IMG/VR virus record: IMGVR_UViG_3300022074_000012
Span: 1-64,000 of that record
Direction: 5' to 3' (one strand)
Source: a virus
DNA length: 64,000 nt
Part shown: in pieces, positions 1 through 9,046 of the stretch
How positions within the stretch are numbered: position 1 is the stretch's first letter
Layout: each line of letters begins with the position of its first letter
Made by a program: the position numbers and the translations under genes
Notes under the pieces: generated by a model
Told to the model about the DNA's origin: nothing
The model's database searches: none
Seen by the model: the letters and a program-made list of their open reading frames with translations, nothing else

Positions 1-410
1 TGACTAAAAAAATTGACTTTGATAAGTATGCTATATTCGTGGATGGTGTCACATCCGATTCCAGTAAGGATTATCAATGCTTTATTGAGAGTATTAGTTC
101 CCTTGACGGAAAGGGTGCCAATATTCACAGGCTCCTTACTGCTGCTGTTGGGATTAGTGCTGAAGGTGGTGAGTTTATGGAGATCGTTAAGAAGATGGTA
201 TTCCAAGGTAAACCTTGGGACGAGCATAATCGAAAGCATCTTATTATTGAGTTGGGTGACGTTATGTGGTATGTAATGCAAGCATGTAAAGCACTCGATG
301 TTTCAATTGAAGAAGTGGTTGCAGGTAATGTAGATAAATTAAAGAAGAGATATCCTGGTGGAGAGTTTAATGTCTACCAGTCAGAAAATCGTAAGGAGGG
401 AGACCTATGA
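1..410 (+). CDS. mazG: MazG-like nucleotide pyrophosphohydrolase (start codon cut by window edge)
   Basis: AEGGEFMEIVKK and ELGDVMWY motifs; frame open back to position 1 ((a)tg act aaa = MTKKIDFDKY). Confidence 0.9.
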   Translation, partial: TKKIDFDKYAIFVDGVTSDSSKDYQCFIESISSLDGKGANIHRLLTAAVGISAEGGEFMEIVKKMVFQGKPWDEHNRKHLIIELGDVMWYVMQACKALDVSIEEVVAGNVDKLKKRYPGGEFNVYQSENRKEGDL

Positions 411-610
411 GGGAACAACTAATTAAAGCATTATTAGCACACGCACAAGGTGATATTGCTAAACACAAAGCAAATATTGAAGTGTATCTTGCAAATCCTG
501 TGGGTATTGGAGAACATTCAAATATTGTAGAAGCAATCGAAGGAGAATTGAATATGATTGCTAAGTATCAAGACCAGATAGACATAATAAATAAATACTT
601 CAAAAAGTAA
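407..610 (+). CDS. conserved cyanophage hypothetical protein
   Basis: 67-aa ORF, ATGA overlap with mazG, GGAG RBS. Confidence 0.75.
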   Translation: MREQLIKALLAHAQGDIAKHKANIEVYLANPVGIGEHSNIVEAIEGELNMIAKYQDQIDIINKYFKK

Positions 611-612
611 AG

Positions 613-1941
613 ATGGCTAACCTAGTCACTGCTCAAGAAATATTACCTTTAATAGAACCAACTCTATCTACTGCGAATATTATCAACATCAAAGATACTC
701 CTAAAATTTTAGAGTATCGAGTTGAAAGTGATGATAGATCTGTAGACAGAGATAAGGTAGAACAAATTTTAGATAAGAATAATATTACCTATGGCGAATT
801 GACCAGAGATGTTGGTGGATTTGGTGGGTCTGAGATTGTTACTTTCGACATGAAGAGAGTCAGAATAATCTACAAACTTAAAGGTAGTAGAGGTTCTGGT
901 GGTGGTGCAGAGGCAACTACATTAACAGAATCAGCACAGTGTTTATATGCTGCAATTGCATTTGGATTGGGAAGAGAAATAACAAGTAATGATATAACAC
1001 AAAATAATGTTAAAAAATATTCAAAACTTTTTGATATAAATGAAACCAACGAAAGAATTTTAAATGAGTTACCTGACGAATGGGTTGAATCATCTTTACT
1101 TGGTGCAAATAAATTATATCAAACATTTAAAGGTAAAGGTAAATATGTTTTTCACAGAGGTTCAAAAGAAGTTGATAAGATAGAAGCAGCTTTTAAACGA
1201 GTATCCAAAAACGAAAACGTAAGAATTAATATAAACAAATGGAATCCTTCTGATATATGGATGATTAGTGATGACTTTTCTTTTAGTTTTTTTGATAAAG
1301 AGAATACAATATTAGGACTTAATCAAGTTATACAAGAAAAGTTAGAAGAGAATATTTTGATTGGTGTATCTCTTAAAAAAATTATTGGAAATGTAAGAAT
1401 TTCTGTCAAAAATATATTCAGAGATATGAAAACTTGTAAGTATTATGATGGATATGAATATAGTAAAAAGTCAATTGATGGTTATGTATTACTTACAGGT
1501 GGAACAAAAATACAGTATAGATCTTTTGGTGCAGGTGATGGATTGACTGGATGGCAAGGTGAGGTAAAAGGTGCAAATGCAAACCAAGGTAAAATATCTT
1601 TAGGTCCTACGAACCTTATACTTAAAAATCATGGTCAAAAAACAATACCTACAGATGCTGCCAAGAGAGTTAGAGATGAACCTGATAAAGTATTCGCAGA
1701 AATATCAAAAGGACTTACAAAATATGCGAGGATGACAAAAGCAGAAATAAACAAATTAGAGAATGATCCAAAAATTTATACACTCAAATTTTTATATTCA
1801 AAATTACAAGTGACACAATTACTTGATATATTAGAGAATAAGTTATTAAAGAAAGACAAAAGAGATCAAATAGTCGAAGATCTATATCTTTATGCATCTA
1901 GTCAATCTAAATATTCATCAGCATATTATAAATTAGAATGA
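613..1941 (+). CDS. putative PD-(D/E)XK restriction-endonuclease-fold protein
   Basis: TESAQ...KWNPSDIW...IGVSLKK pattern resembling E...PD...(S)xK catalytic core. Confidence 0.5.
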   Translation: MANLVTAQEILPLIEPTLSTANIINIKDTPKILEYRVESDDRSVDRDKVEQILDKNNITYGELTRDVGGFGGSEIVTFDMKRVRIIYKLKGSRGSGGGAEATTLTESAQCLYAAIAFGLGREITSNDITQNNVKKYSKLFDINETNERILNELPDEWVESSLLGANKLYQTFKGKGKYVFHRGSKEVDKIEAAFKRVSKNENVRININKWNPSDIWMISDDFSFSFFDKENTILGLNQVIQEKLEENILIGVSLKKIIGNVRISVKNIFRDMKTCKYYDGYEYSKKSIDGYVLLTGGTKIQYRSFGAGDGLTGWQGEVKGANANQGKISLGPTNLILKNHGQKTIPTDAAKRVRDEPDKVFAEISKGLTKYARMTKAEINKLENDPKIYTLKFLYSKLQVTQLLDILENKLLKKDKRDQIVEDLYLYASSQSKYSSAYYKLE

Positions 1942-2174
1942 AACAGAACATCCCAATCAAAGACCTCATGGATTCATTTGAATCTGATGAAAAGAATAAA
2001 GGTAGGAGATATCGTGAGTTCTTATATCATTGTTTTTTAAAATTTGAAAAACAGATTAAAAAAATTAAATCTAAAAAGATAATAAATAAGTATGAAACTA
2101 TGAGAAATAATACTTTTAGTTACCTTATTCAAAACGAAAAAGAGATAACTTTAAAATTATCCCGATCTAGATGA
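1938..2174 (+). CDS. hypothetical protein
   Basis: 78-aa ORF overlapping both neighbours by 4 nt. Confidence 0.6.
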   Translation: MKQNIPIKDLMDSFESDEKNKGRRYREFLYHCFLKFEKQIKKIKSKKIINKYETMRNNTFSYLIQNEKEITLKLSRSR

Positions 2175-3388
2175 AATCTTTTTTCCAATTCCTTGAGTCC
2201 ACAGCCGTTCAACAAGCAACCCGTATGGGATTGACTAGTGATGGTCATGGAGGATGGTACGATAAAAAGGGAGAGTTTGTTGCAAAGACCGAAAAAGGAT
2301 CATTAAAATTCTTCAATAAGAAACAAAGAATAGGTCAAGATCCACCATCTACAGAGAAAGAAAAGAGTTTATCTGGTATGCAACCAGCAGGTGCACAACA
2401 ACCTGCACAAGAACCAGTTGCTAAATTACCAGAAGCACCACCAGAAGTAGAGAAAACAAAAGGAACTTTAACAGTTGCATTTGGTAGATTTAATCCTCCA
2501 ACAACAGGACATGAGAAATTATTAAATCAAGTTGCAAAATCATCTGATGAAGATGATTATATTATTGTACCTTCAAGAAGTCAGGATGCAAAGAAGAATC
2601 CATTAGATGCTGATAGTAAAGTCGGCATTATGAGACAAATGTTTCCAAAGCATAGTGAAAAAATTGTTAATGATCCTGCAAACAGAACTATCTTTGATGT
2701 ACTAAAGAAAGCACATAACGATGGATATGCAGGTGTAAGAGTTGTAGGTGGTGCAGATCGACAGAAAGAATTTGATAAGCTAGTCAACACTTATAATGGA
2801 AAGTTATATAAGTTTGATAAAGTAGAAGTTGTATCAGCAGGTGATCGTGATCCTGATGCTGACGATGTTACAGGAATGTCTGCATCAAAACAAAGAAAAG
2901 CAGCGGCAGAAGGAGATCTTAAATCTTTTATGAAAGGTATACCATCTACAATGGAGAAGAAAGCAGCTGAAGATTTATATAAGAATATTAGAAAAGCAAT
3001 GCAGATTAAAGAAGGTTGGAATCTTTGGGAGATCGCACCTAAGTTTGATTGGGAAGGATTGCGTGAAAACTATATTGATGAAAAGGTATATCAAATTGGC
3101 CAATTAGTCGAAAATTTAAATACAGGATTAGTTGGACGTATTATTCGTCGTGGAGCAAATCATCTTATTTGTGTTACTGAAAATAATTTTATGTTTAAAT
3201 CATGGATAAAAGATGTATCAGAAACAAGAAAAGAATCATATGATTTACCTACTGAGGTGTCTGGTGTACCAGCAGATCAGAGATTAATTGGAACTGATTC
3301 ACTACGTAAATACACCGAAACTATGGTGAAAGGAAGTGCCTACGGAAAACATTTCCTAAATAAATATAGGAAAAAATCAAAACAATAA
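2171..3388 (+). CDS. HIGH-superfamily nucleotidyltransferase (cyanophage cytidylyltransferase-like)
   Basis: AFGRFNPPTTGHEKL (T/HxGH) and GMSASK motifs. Confidence 0.85.
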   Translation: MKSFFQFLESTAVQQATRMGLTSDGHGGWYDKKGEFVAKTEKGSLKFFNKKQRIGQDPPSTEKEKSLSGMQPAGAQQPAQEPVAKLPEAPPEVEKTKGTLTVAFGRFNPPTTGHEKLLNQVAKSSDEDDYIIVPSRSQDAKKNPLDADSKVGIMRQMFPKHSEKIVNDPANRTIFDVLKKAHNDGYAGVRVVGGADRQKEFDKLVNTYNGKLYKFDKVEVVSAGDRDPDADDVTGMSASKQRKAAAEGDLKSFMKGIPSTMEKKAAEDLYKNIRKAMQIKEGWNLWEIAPKFDWEGLRENYIDEKVYQIGQLVENLNTGLVGRIIRRGANHLICVTENNFMFKSWIKDVSETRKESYDLPTEVSGVPADQRLIGTDSLRKYTETMVKGSAYGKHFLNKYRKKSKQ

Positions 3389-3392
3389 ATTG

Positions 3393-5201
3393 ATGGATAA
3401 ACCAGTGGCTGCTGCTCCAACAGGAGCAAAGGAAAAAGTTGAGAAACAAGCAAGACAACTTGCTTATGATGTAAGATATAAAACAAAGCAATCACTTGCT
3501 CAAAAGAGTGGTGGAAAGATGGATCCTGCACAGGTTCAAAAGGCGTATATGACACAACTTGCTAAATCTCCTGCACCACCAGCAATAAAGTCAAGAGCAA
3601 AACAAATGTTAATGGGTGAAGATTATAAGAAAGATCTTGGTAAGTTAGTATCTGATAGTGCTGCATCTGCATTGTACAAAGTATTTGTTGAGCATCATCA
3701 GAAAGATGCTAATGGTAATGTAATTGAACATGATGGAAATCCTAGACCAGAAGAAGAGATAGCAGACGATCTTGCACCTAGTTCTGTAGAAGATATAAAC
3801 GAAGAAGAAAAATCATATAAGGTAAGAGTCACTGATAAAAAGACAAGCAATTCTTATGTTAGAATGGCAACTCGTGCTAAGATTAGTGAACTTCGTAGTA
3901 ATCCAAATATCGCATCTGTTGAAATGACAGAGTATGGATCACCTACTAAATCAGAAAAATATAAGGGTAAGCAAACTGCAAGAGCAAAGCAAGGTCTTGA
4001 TCCAGTTGGTAAAGAAGATGGTGATGTCAATAATGACGGTAAGAAAGATGGCACTGATAAGTATCTTATGAATCGTCGTAAGGCAATTGGTAAAGCAATG
4101 TCAAAAGAAGAGTATTCTTGGAGAGATGGTTTTGCTGATTTAATTGAAAAGAAACATAAAGAAGAAAATAAAATTACTGGTGAAGGTGTTAACAATAAAA
4201 AACTTATCAAGGTCTTTCCTGATGATGTAAAAGAAATGTATGGTAGTGCCGCTGGAACTGGTGCATCAATGGCACAGCCAGCACCAGCACCTGAGAAAAA
4301 ACCAGATCCTCAGATAGCATCTAAGGAAAAGAAACAGGCAATGCTTAAAAAGCAAGTGCTTATGAAGAAGTTACAGGCAGTTCGTGCAGGTGCAGGTTCT
4401 GATATCACATCTTCATATAAAACAGATAAGAAATTAACTGAAGGTGAGGACAAACCTGAAGAAGTTTCATCAGATATGGGTGACATTACTTTTGATGCAG
4501 GTGGTGCAATTCCAACAACTATCAAGGCAATTGGTGATCCAAGAGAACTTGAAACTGCAATGAAGTTAAAGAAAACACAACTTCGTGCGTCTGGTCTTAA
4601 CATGTCTCATGAACCAGAAGGTGATATGGTTGAAGCAAAAGTAGACAAAGGAATGATCTTTGGAAAAGATGCAGCAAGAAATGAGAGAAGGTTTGGTACA
4701 AAAGGTAAATTTGATCCACAAGGATCTGGACCTCGTGGGCAAGACATATCACAAAGAGCAAAACTTGCAGTTCAAAGAAAGAAAGAACATGAAGCAAAAA
4801 GAGGTGTAAAAACAAAAGGTAAGATGGGTGAAGCATATGTTGTCAATCAGGCAGATAAAACTTCAAACACTCCTGCGTATCAAGGAATGAAAGCAGATAA
4901 GAAAAATAAACTTACTGGTGAACCTTTATATAAAAAAGCAGATAATATGAAAGAAAACTTAGTTACTATTTCTAATATCAATGTAAAACCAAGTGCTTAT
5001 AAAGGTGAAAAAGATACTATTAAGAACATTTTAAACAAAGAAGTAGCACAAGAAAACTATCGGGCAATGAGAAATCCTAAAGAGGATAAACCAGAGTCAG
5101 AAATGTCTTACGATGAAAAAAGAAAGAAGAGAATGAATGATCCTAAGAAAGGAATCAACTCTCCTGCATTTAAAAAATTCATGGCAAGTCAGGGAATGTA
5201 A
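3393..5201 (+). CDS. charged low-complexity protein, probable virion-internal protein
   Basis: K/E-rich; DGDVNNDGKKD Ca-loop-like motif; SHEPEGDMVE motif. Confidence 0.55.
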   Translation: MDKPVAAAPTGAKEKVEKQARQLAYDVRYKTKQSLAQKSGGKMDPAQVQKAYMTQLAKSPAPPAIKSRAKQMLMGEDYKKDLGKLVSDSAASALYKVFVEHHQKDANGNVIEHDGNPRPEEEIADDLAPSSVEDINEEEKSYKVRVTDKKTSNSYVRMATRAKISELRSNPNIASVEMTEYGSPTKSEKYKGKQTARAKQGLDPVGKEDGDVNNDGKKDGTDKYLMNRRKAIGKAMSKEEYSWRDGFADLIEKKHKEENKITGEGVNNKKLIKVFPDDVKEMYGSAAGTGASMAQPAPAPEKKPDPQIASKEKKQAMLKKQVLMKKLQAVRAGAGSDITSSYKTDKKLTEGEDKPEEVSSDMGDITFDAGGAIPTTIKAIGDPRELETAMKLKKTQLRASGLNMSHEPEGDMVEAKVDKGMIFGKDAARNERRFGTKGKFDPQGSGPRGQDISQRAKLAVQRKKEHEAKRGVKTKGKMGEAYVVNQADKTSNTPAYQGMKADKKNKLTGEPLYKKADNMKENLVTISNINVKPSAYKGEKDTIKNILNKEVAQENYRAMRNPKEDKPESEMSYDEKRKKRMNDPKKGINSPAFKKFMASQGM

Positions 5202-5407
5202 TGAAAACCTTTAAAGAATTCATAAGTGAAGAAGGTTATGATGTTGCAAGAGATCAAGGAAGAGTAAGACCATCTAAAGATAAGAAAGATGCGACTACAA
5301 TGCCACCAAGTGCAGAAATGAGAAAGACACAGAAGGTAAACAAAGGACCTTCTGCTCTTGAACGTGTTAAAGCAAAGTATGGCAAGTCTGTCATGGATGT
5401 AAAATAA
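5201..5407 (+). CDS. small probable capsid-internal protein
   Basis: N-terminus MKTFKEFISE resembles the T4 internal-protein targeting sequence. Confidence 0.6.
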   Translation: MKTFKEFISEEGYDVARDQGRVRPSKDKKDATTMPPSAEMRKTQKVNKGPSALERVKAKYGKSVMDVK

Positions 5408-6228
5408 TGCCAGCAGTTTCTAAGAAACAGCAAAAGTTTTTTGGAATAGTTCGTGCAATCCAGAAAGGAGAGATGGCACCTACTACTCCTGAGACTGCAA
5501 AAGCAGCTGAAGACATGAAGAAGGGTGATGTCAAGAAGTTTGCATCAACTAAACATAAAGGTTTACCTGAGAAGAAAAAGATAGAAGAAGATAGACAGAT
5601 TAAAAAAATTATTAAACAACTTAGAAAGTCTGTTAAGTCACATGACAAACAGGCAGATACTCTTGAGAAAAAATTAAAAGAGGAATCAAATCCTCGGATA
5701 CCTAGAAAGAAAGGTCAACCTGCTAATTCTAAGAAACACTCTGACTTGTATACAGATGAAAATCCTAAAGGAACTATTCACGGACTCGGTTTTAAGGATG
5801 TGGCTACTGCTAAAGCATCTGTCTCGAAGATACGTAATTCATCAAGATCACATGCTCATAAGATTCAAGCTGCTGTTGCTATGGAGCAACGGGCAAGAGA
5901 AATGGGTAAAACCTCTGAAGCAGCAGTCTATCGAAAGTACATCAACTCGATGAAGAAAAAGACTAAGAAGATGAATGAGGCAGCAAATCCTGCACAACAG
6001 GCTGCGATTGCCATTGACATGAAGAAGAAAGGTATAAAACCAAAAAATTTAAAAGAACAAATTTCATTCCCACAAATGCAACAACGTGTTAGGGATGCGA
6101 AGGAAAGAAGAAGAGAACAACAAAAAAAATCGGAGAAACTCTACATGGACACTAAGAAAAAAGGTGTCAAATTCTACGATAAAAAAGGTGTTGGTCGGTT
6201 AAAGGACGGAAAGAAGGTATACGACTGA
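5407..6228 (+). CDS. basic hypothetical protein, possibly capsid-internal
   Basis: 273 aa, K-rich modules separated by IEE/LKE/MNE sites. Confidence 0.6.
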   Translation: MPAVSKKQQKFFGIVRAIQKGEMAPTTPETAKAAEDMKKGDVKKFASTKHKGLPEKKKIEEDRQIKKIIKQLRKSVKSHDKQADTLEKKLKEESNPRIPRKKGQPANSKKHSDLYTDENPKGTIHGLGFKDVATAKASVSKIRNSSRSHAHKIQAAVAMEQRAREMGKTSEAAVYRKYINSMKKKTKKMNEAANPAQQAAIAIDMKKKGIKPKNLKEQISFPQMQQRVRDAKERRREQQKKSEKLYMDTKKKGVKFYDKKGVGRLKDGKKVYD

Positions 6229-6254
6229 TATATAGTGTAGTAATACACAGAAAA

Positions 6255-6449
6255 ATGTTATCATTTCTACTCCCATTCGCATCAAAAATAGTATCCGATG
6301 CTGTGTCTAAAATTCCAGAAGACGCAGAATTAGGAGAAAAATTAATAGATCTATGTCTAGTGATCTTAAAAAAGGCAGTTAAGTTAACAAAAACTGACAT
6401 GGACGATAAGCTTCTTGAGCAAGTTGAGAAGTCACTTCAAGCACGTTAG
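6255..6449 (+). CDS. hypothetical protein
   Basis: 64-aa ORF. Confidence 0.7.
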   Translation: MLSFLLPFASKIVSDAVSKIPEDAELGEKLIDLCLVILKKAVKLTKTDMDDKLLEQVEKSLQAR

Positions 6450-6460
6450 TACTGAACATT

Positions 6461-6468
6461 TATAAATA
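6461..6468 (+). promoter_or_regulatory. T4-type late promoter
   Basis: TATAAATA about 30 nt upstream of ORF 6500. Confidence 0.7.
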
Positions 6469-6499
6469 TTGTTAGTAAAATCTTAATTGGAAGAAAACG

Positions 6500-7096
6500 A
6501 TGTCTCTTTGGGGAAACAACGATAATGTGACTTCGGCAGGACTCATAACACAATTTGATTATGATAATAAAATAGTGCATGGGCAGAACACTCAGTTCGG
6601 TGCCACTGGTTCTGCACAAATAGGTGATGTTCTCCGAATTGGTGTTAGAGGTCCTGGCATAGCAGCCACATATTACGGTGATGTAGTAATTACATCTATC
6701 GCATCTACAATACAAGCTAGTGTTGCAAGCACTGCTTCATTAATAGGTCCAACAATTGGAAACCTTCATGTTGCTGGATTTGCAGGAACTGAGTTTACAG
6801 TATCACAGATGCCAATCTGGTGTACACAAAACTTACAAGGTGATAAGTATAGAAACGAAGCATCATCATTCGAGTCTGATTCACTTGTGTTTGGTATATC
6901 TAACGCAGTTGCACAAAATTCTGATACAACAGCTGCACAAGCACCATCAGCACAAGGTCAATTTAAAACTGAATCTGGTTGGGTTGGTATCACAACTTAC
7001 ATAGATAGTCATGGTAACTATAGGGTGAAGCAAGAAGTTCTTGTTGCAATGTCTGGAATTACTACAGGTGGTATTGGATACTACACTGAAGGATAA
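6500..7096 (+). CDS. hypothetical late (probably structural) protein
   Basis: 198 aa, MSLWG start, downstream of late promoter. Confidence 0.6.
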   Translation: MSLWGNNDNVTSAGLITQFDYDNKIVHGQNTQFGATGSAQIGDVLRIGVRGPGIAATYYGDVVITSIASTIQASVASTASLIGPTIGNLHVAGFAGTEFTVSQMPIWCTQNLQGDKYRNEASSFESDSLVFGISNAVAQNSDTTAAQAPSAQGQFKTESGWVGITTYIDSHGNYRVKQEVLVAMSGITTGGIGYYTEG

Positions 7097-7119
7097 TTAA
7101 CTAATCACATTTTTATAAT

Positions 7120-7491
7120 ATGAGATTTGATGAATTGAATGAAAATAACTATATGTTGTTCGCTATAAAATTTTATGACAATCCTCATGCTCTTACAAAA
7201 GAAGAGTTTGAGGATGATTTGAAGCGAATTAAATATGTCAAAAGACTTTTAAAAAGGTACAAAAACACTGGGGTATTAAAAACACACTTGATACTAAATC
7301 ATTTAACAGTTTTGTTTAATGTATTTGGAGAAGCATCAGTGCCATTACTCTTTTATAATTTAGAAGAAGATTTATGGCCAGCAATCAAAAGTTTTTTAAT
7401 TTTTTTAAATCGAATCCCAGAATATCCTAAAAGTCATATTCACGGTATACCAGAAGATCAAACCTGTATAGATGAGTTAAATTCAGTCTAA
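7120..7491 (+). CDS. conserved T4-like phage hypothetical protein
   Basis: FAIKFYDNP...EFEDDLKRIKYVKRLL...LILNH. Confidence 0.75.
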   Translation: MRFDELNENNYMLFAIKFYDNPHALTKEEFEDDLKRIKYVKRLLKRYKNTGVLKTHLILNHLTVLFNVFGEASVPLLFYNLEEDLWPAIKSFLIFLNRIPEYPKSHIHGIPEDQTCIDELNSV

Positions 7492-7691
7492 TGGACATAG
7501 ACAAGATTATCAATATAGTAAAATCTCTTCGTGAGCAAGCAGTTATGGGTGCTCCTACGAATGCGGTGGGTACTGGTCAGATTGCAGGTACAAAAGAAGC
7601 AGGTGATGATCCACCTGTAAGAAAGAAAAAGAAATATATCTACGGAGGCAGAGGTTCTCGTAGAATGTGGATGCAGAAAAATGGAAGATAA
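7491..7691 (+). CDS. hypothetical protein
   Basis: 66-aa ORF coupled to neighbours. Confidence 0.65.
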   Translation: MDIDKIINIVKSLREQAVMGAPTNAVGTGQIAGTKEAGDDPPVRKKKKYIYGGRGSRRMWMQKNGR

Positions 7692-8064
7692 TACAAACGT
7701 AAATGCAGCAATACTTGAAAGACTAGAGAAAGTAGTTCAGTCTTTACAGGAAAACTCTGTGAAGATGGGAGAACTTCTTGCAGTTCATAATGAGAAATTA
7801 GATAAGCAAGACCGTATTGATGCAGTTTTGTTTGAGAAGATAGATGGATTGCACAAAGATATGGATCGTGCGACCAATGATATTAAGAAAGGATGTGAGA
7901 GAGATATTCGTTTAGTTGATCAACGTCTTCGTATGATGGAGAAAAAGATGTGGACAATTGCAGGTGCATTAACTGTGATTAGTTTTGTAGTGTCTCCTAT
8001 TGGACAGAGATTTATGGGGTCATTGACAACACCACCACAATCAGGTATAATACAAACAAAATAG
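7681..8064 (+). CDS. coiled-coil protein with C-terminal hydrophobic helix
   Basis: heptad-rich N-terminus, WTIAGALTVISFVV segment. Confidence 0.7.
   Translation: MEDNTNVNAAILERLEKVVQSLQENSVKMGELLAVHNEKLDKQDRIDAVLFEKIDGLHKDMDRATNDIKKGCERDIRLVDQRLRMMEKKMWTIAGALTVISFVVSPIGQRFMGSLTTPPQSGIIQTK
8023..8051 (+). promoter_or_regulatory. sigma70-type early promoter for primase/nrd operon
   Basis: TTGACA-17 nt-TATAAT perfect consensus. Confidence 0.8.
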
Positions 8065-8074
8065 TAATATCCAT

Positions 8075-9046
8075 ATGGATATAATTGATTCCAAGTACAT
8101 AAGCTTGGTGTCTTCACGACTTCAAAAGTTTAAAAAAGTGAAGGCAGATCTATATAATTTTCGTTGCCCGATTTGTGGTGACTCTCAAAAACATAAGAAT
8201 AAAGCACGAGGATACTTGTATCCTGTCAAAGCAGATATGAACTTTAAGTGTCATAACTGTGGTGCTTCATCTACATTAAGTAATTTTATAAAGTCACTTG
8301 ATCCAGTGCTTTATAAGCAATACATATTTGAAAAGTTTAAAACAAGAAATACTGGCAAAGGATCAATCTTTGAAGAACCAAAGTTTGATTTTAAGAAACC
8401 TGTCTTCAAGAAGAGTTTAGATCTTCCAAGAGCATCAGAGATTCCTATCGCCACCAAATATCTTGAAAAGAGAAAAATAGATCCTACTCATTTTTACTTC
8501 ACAAAGGAGTTTCAAAAGTGGACAAATACACACAAACAGACCTTTCACACTATCCATAGGGATGAAAGTCGTGTTATAATACCACTGCATGATACAGAAA
8601 AAAACTTAATCGGATTTCAAGGCAGAAGTCTAGGTCCGAATTCTGTTAAATATATTACTGTGATGCTTAATGAAGATGCTCCTAAAATATACGGATTAGA
8701 TAAAATAGATGAAACAAAACCTATCTACATCACCGAAGGACCGTTCGACTCAACCTTTGTGGAAAACTCGGTTGCTATGTGCGGTTCCGATCTTGATATT
8801 GGGACGTTTGGTTGGAGCAGTTATATTTGGGTTTTTGATAACGAACCTCGTAACAGAGAAATCGTCAAACGAATATCCAACACCATTGATAAAGGAGAGC
8901 AAGTCATTATCTGGCCAAAGCAAGTAGTTGAAAAAGACATCAACGACATGGCACTGGCAGGACATGATATCATGTCAATACTAGAATCGAATACATATTC
9001 GGGATTAAAAGCAAAAGTAAAATTTAACACTTGGAAGAAGGTATGA
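8075..9046 (+). CDS. DNA primase (T4 gp61-like)
   Basis: CPICGDS...CHNCG zinc ribbon; TOPRIM YITEGPFDS, FDNEPRN, KDIND. Confidence 0.95.
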   Translation: MDIIDSKYISLVSSRLQKFKKVKADLYNFRCPICGDSQKHKNKARGYLYPVKADMNFKCHNCGASSTLSNFIKSLDPVLYKQYIFEKFKTRNTGKGSIFEEPKFDFKKPVFKKSLDLPRASEIPIATKYLEKRKIDPTHFYFTKEFQKWTNTHKQTFHTIHRDESRVIIPLHDTEKNLIGFQGRSLGPNSVKYITVMLNEDAPKIYGLDKIDETKPIYITEGPFDSTFVENSVAMCGSDLDIGTFGWSSYIWVFDNEPRNREIVKRISNTIDKGEQVIIWPKQVVEKDINDMALAGHDIMSILESNTYSGLKAKVKFNTWKKV

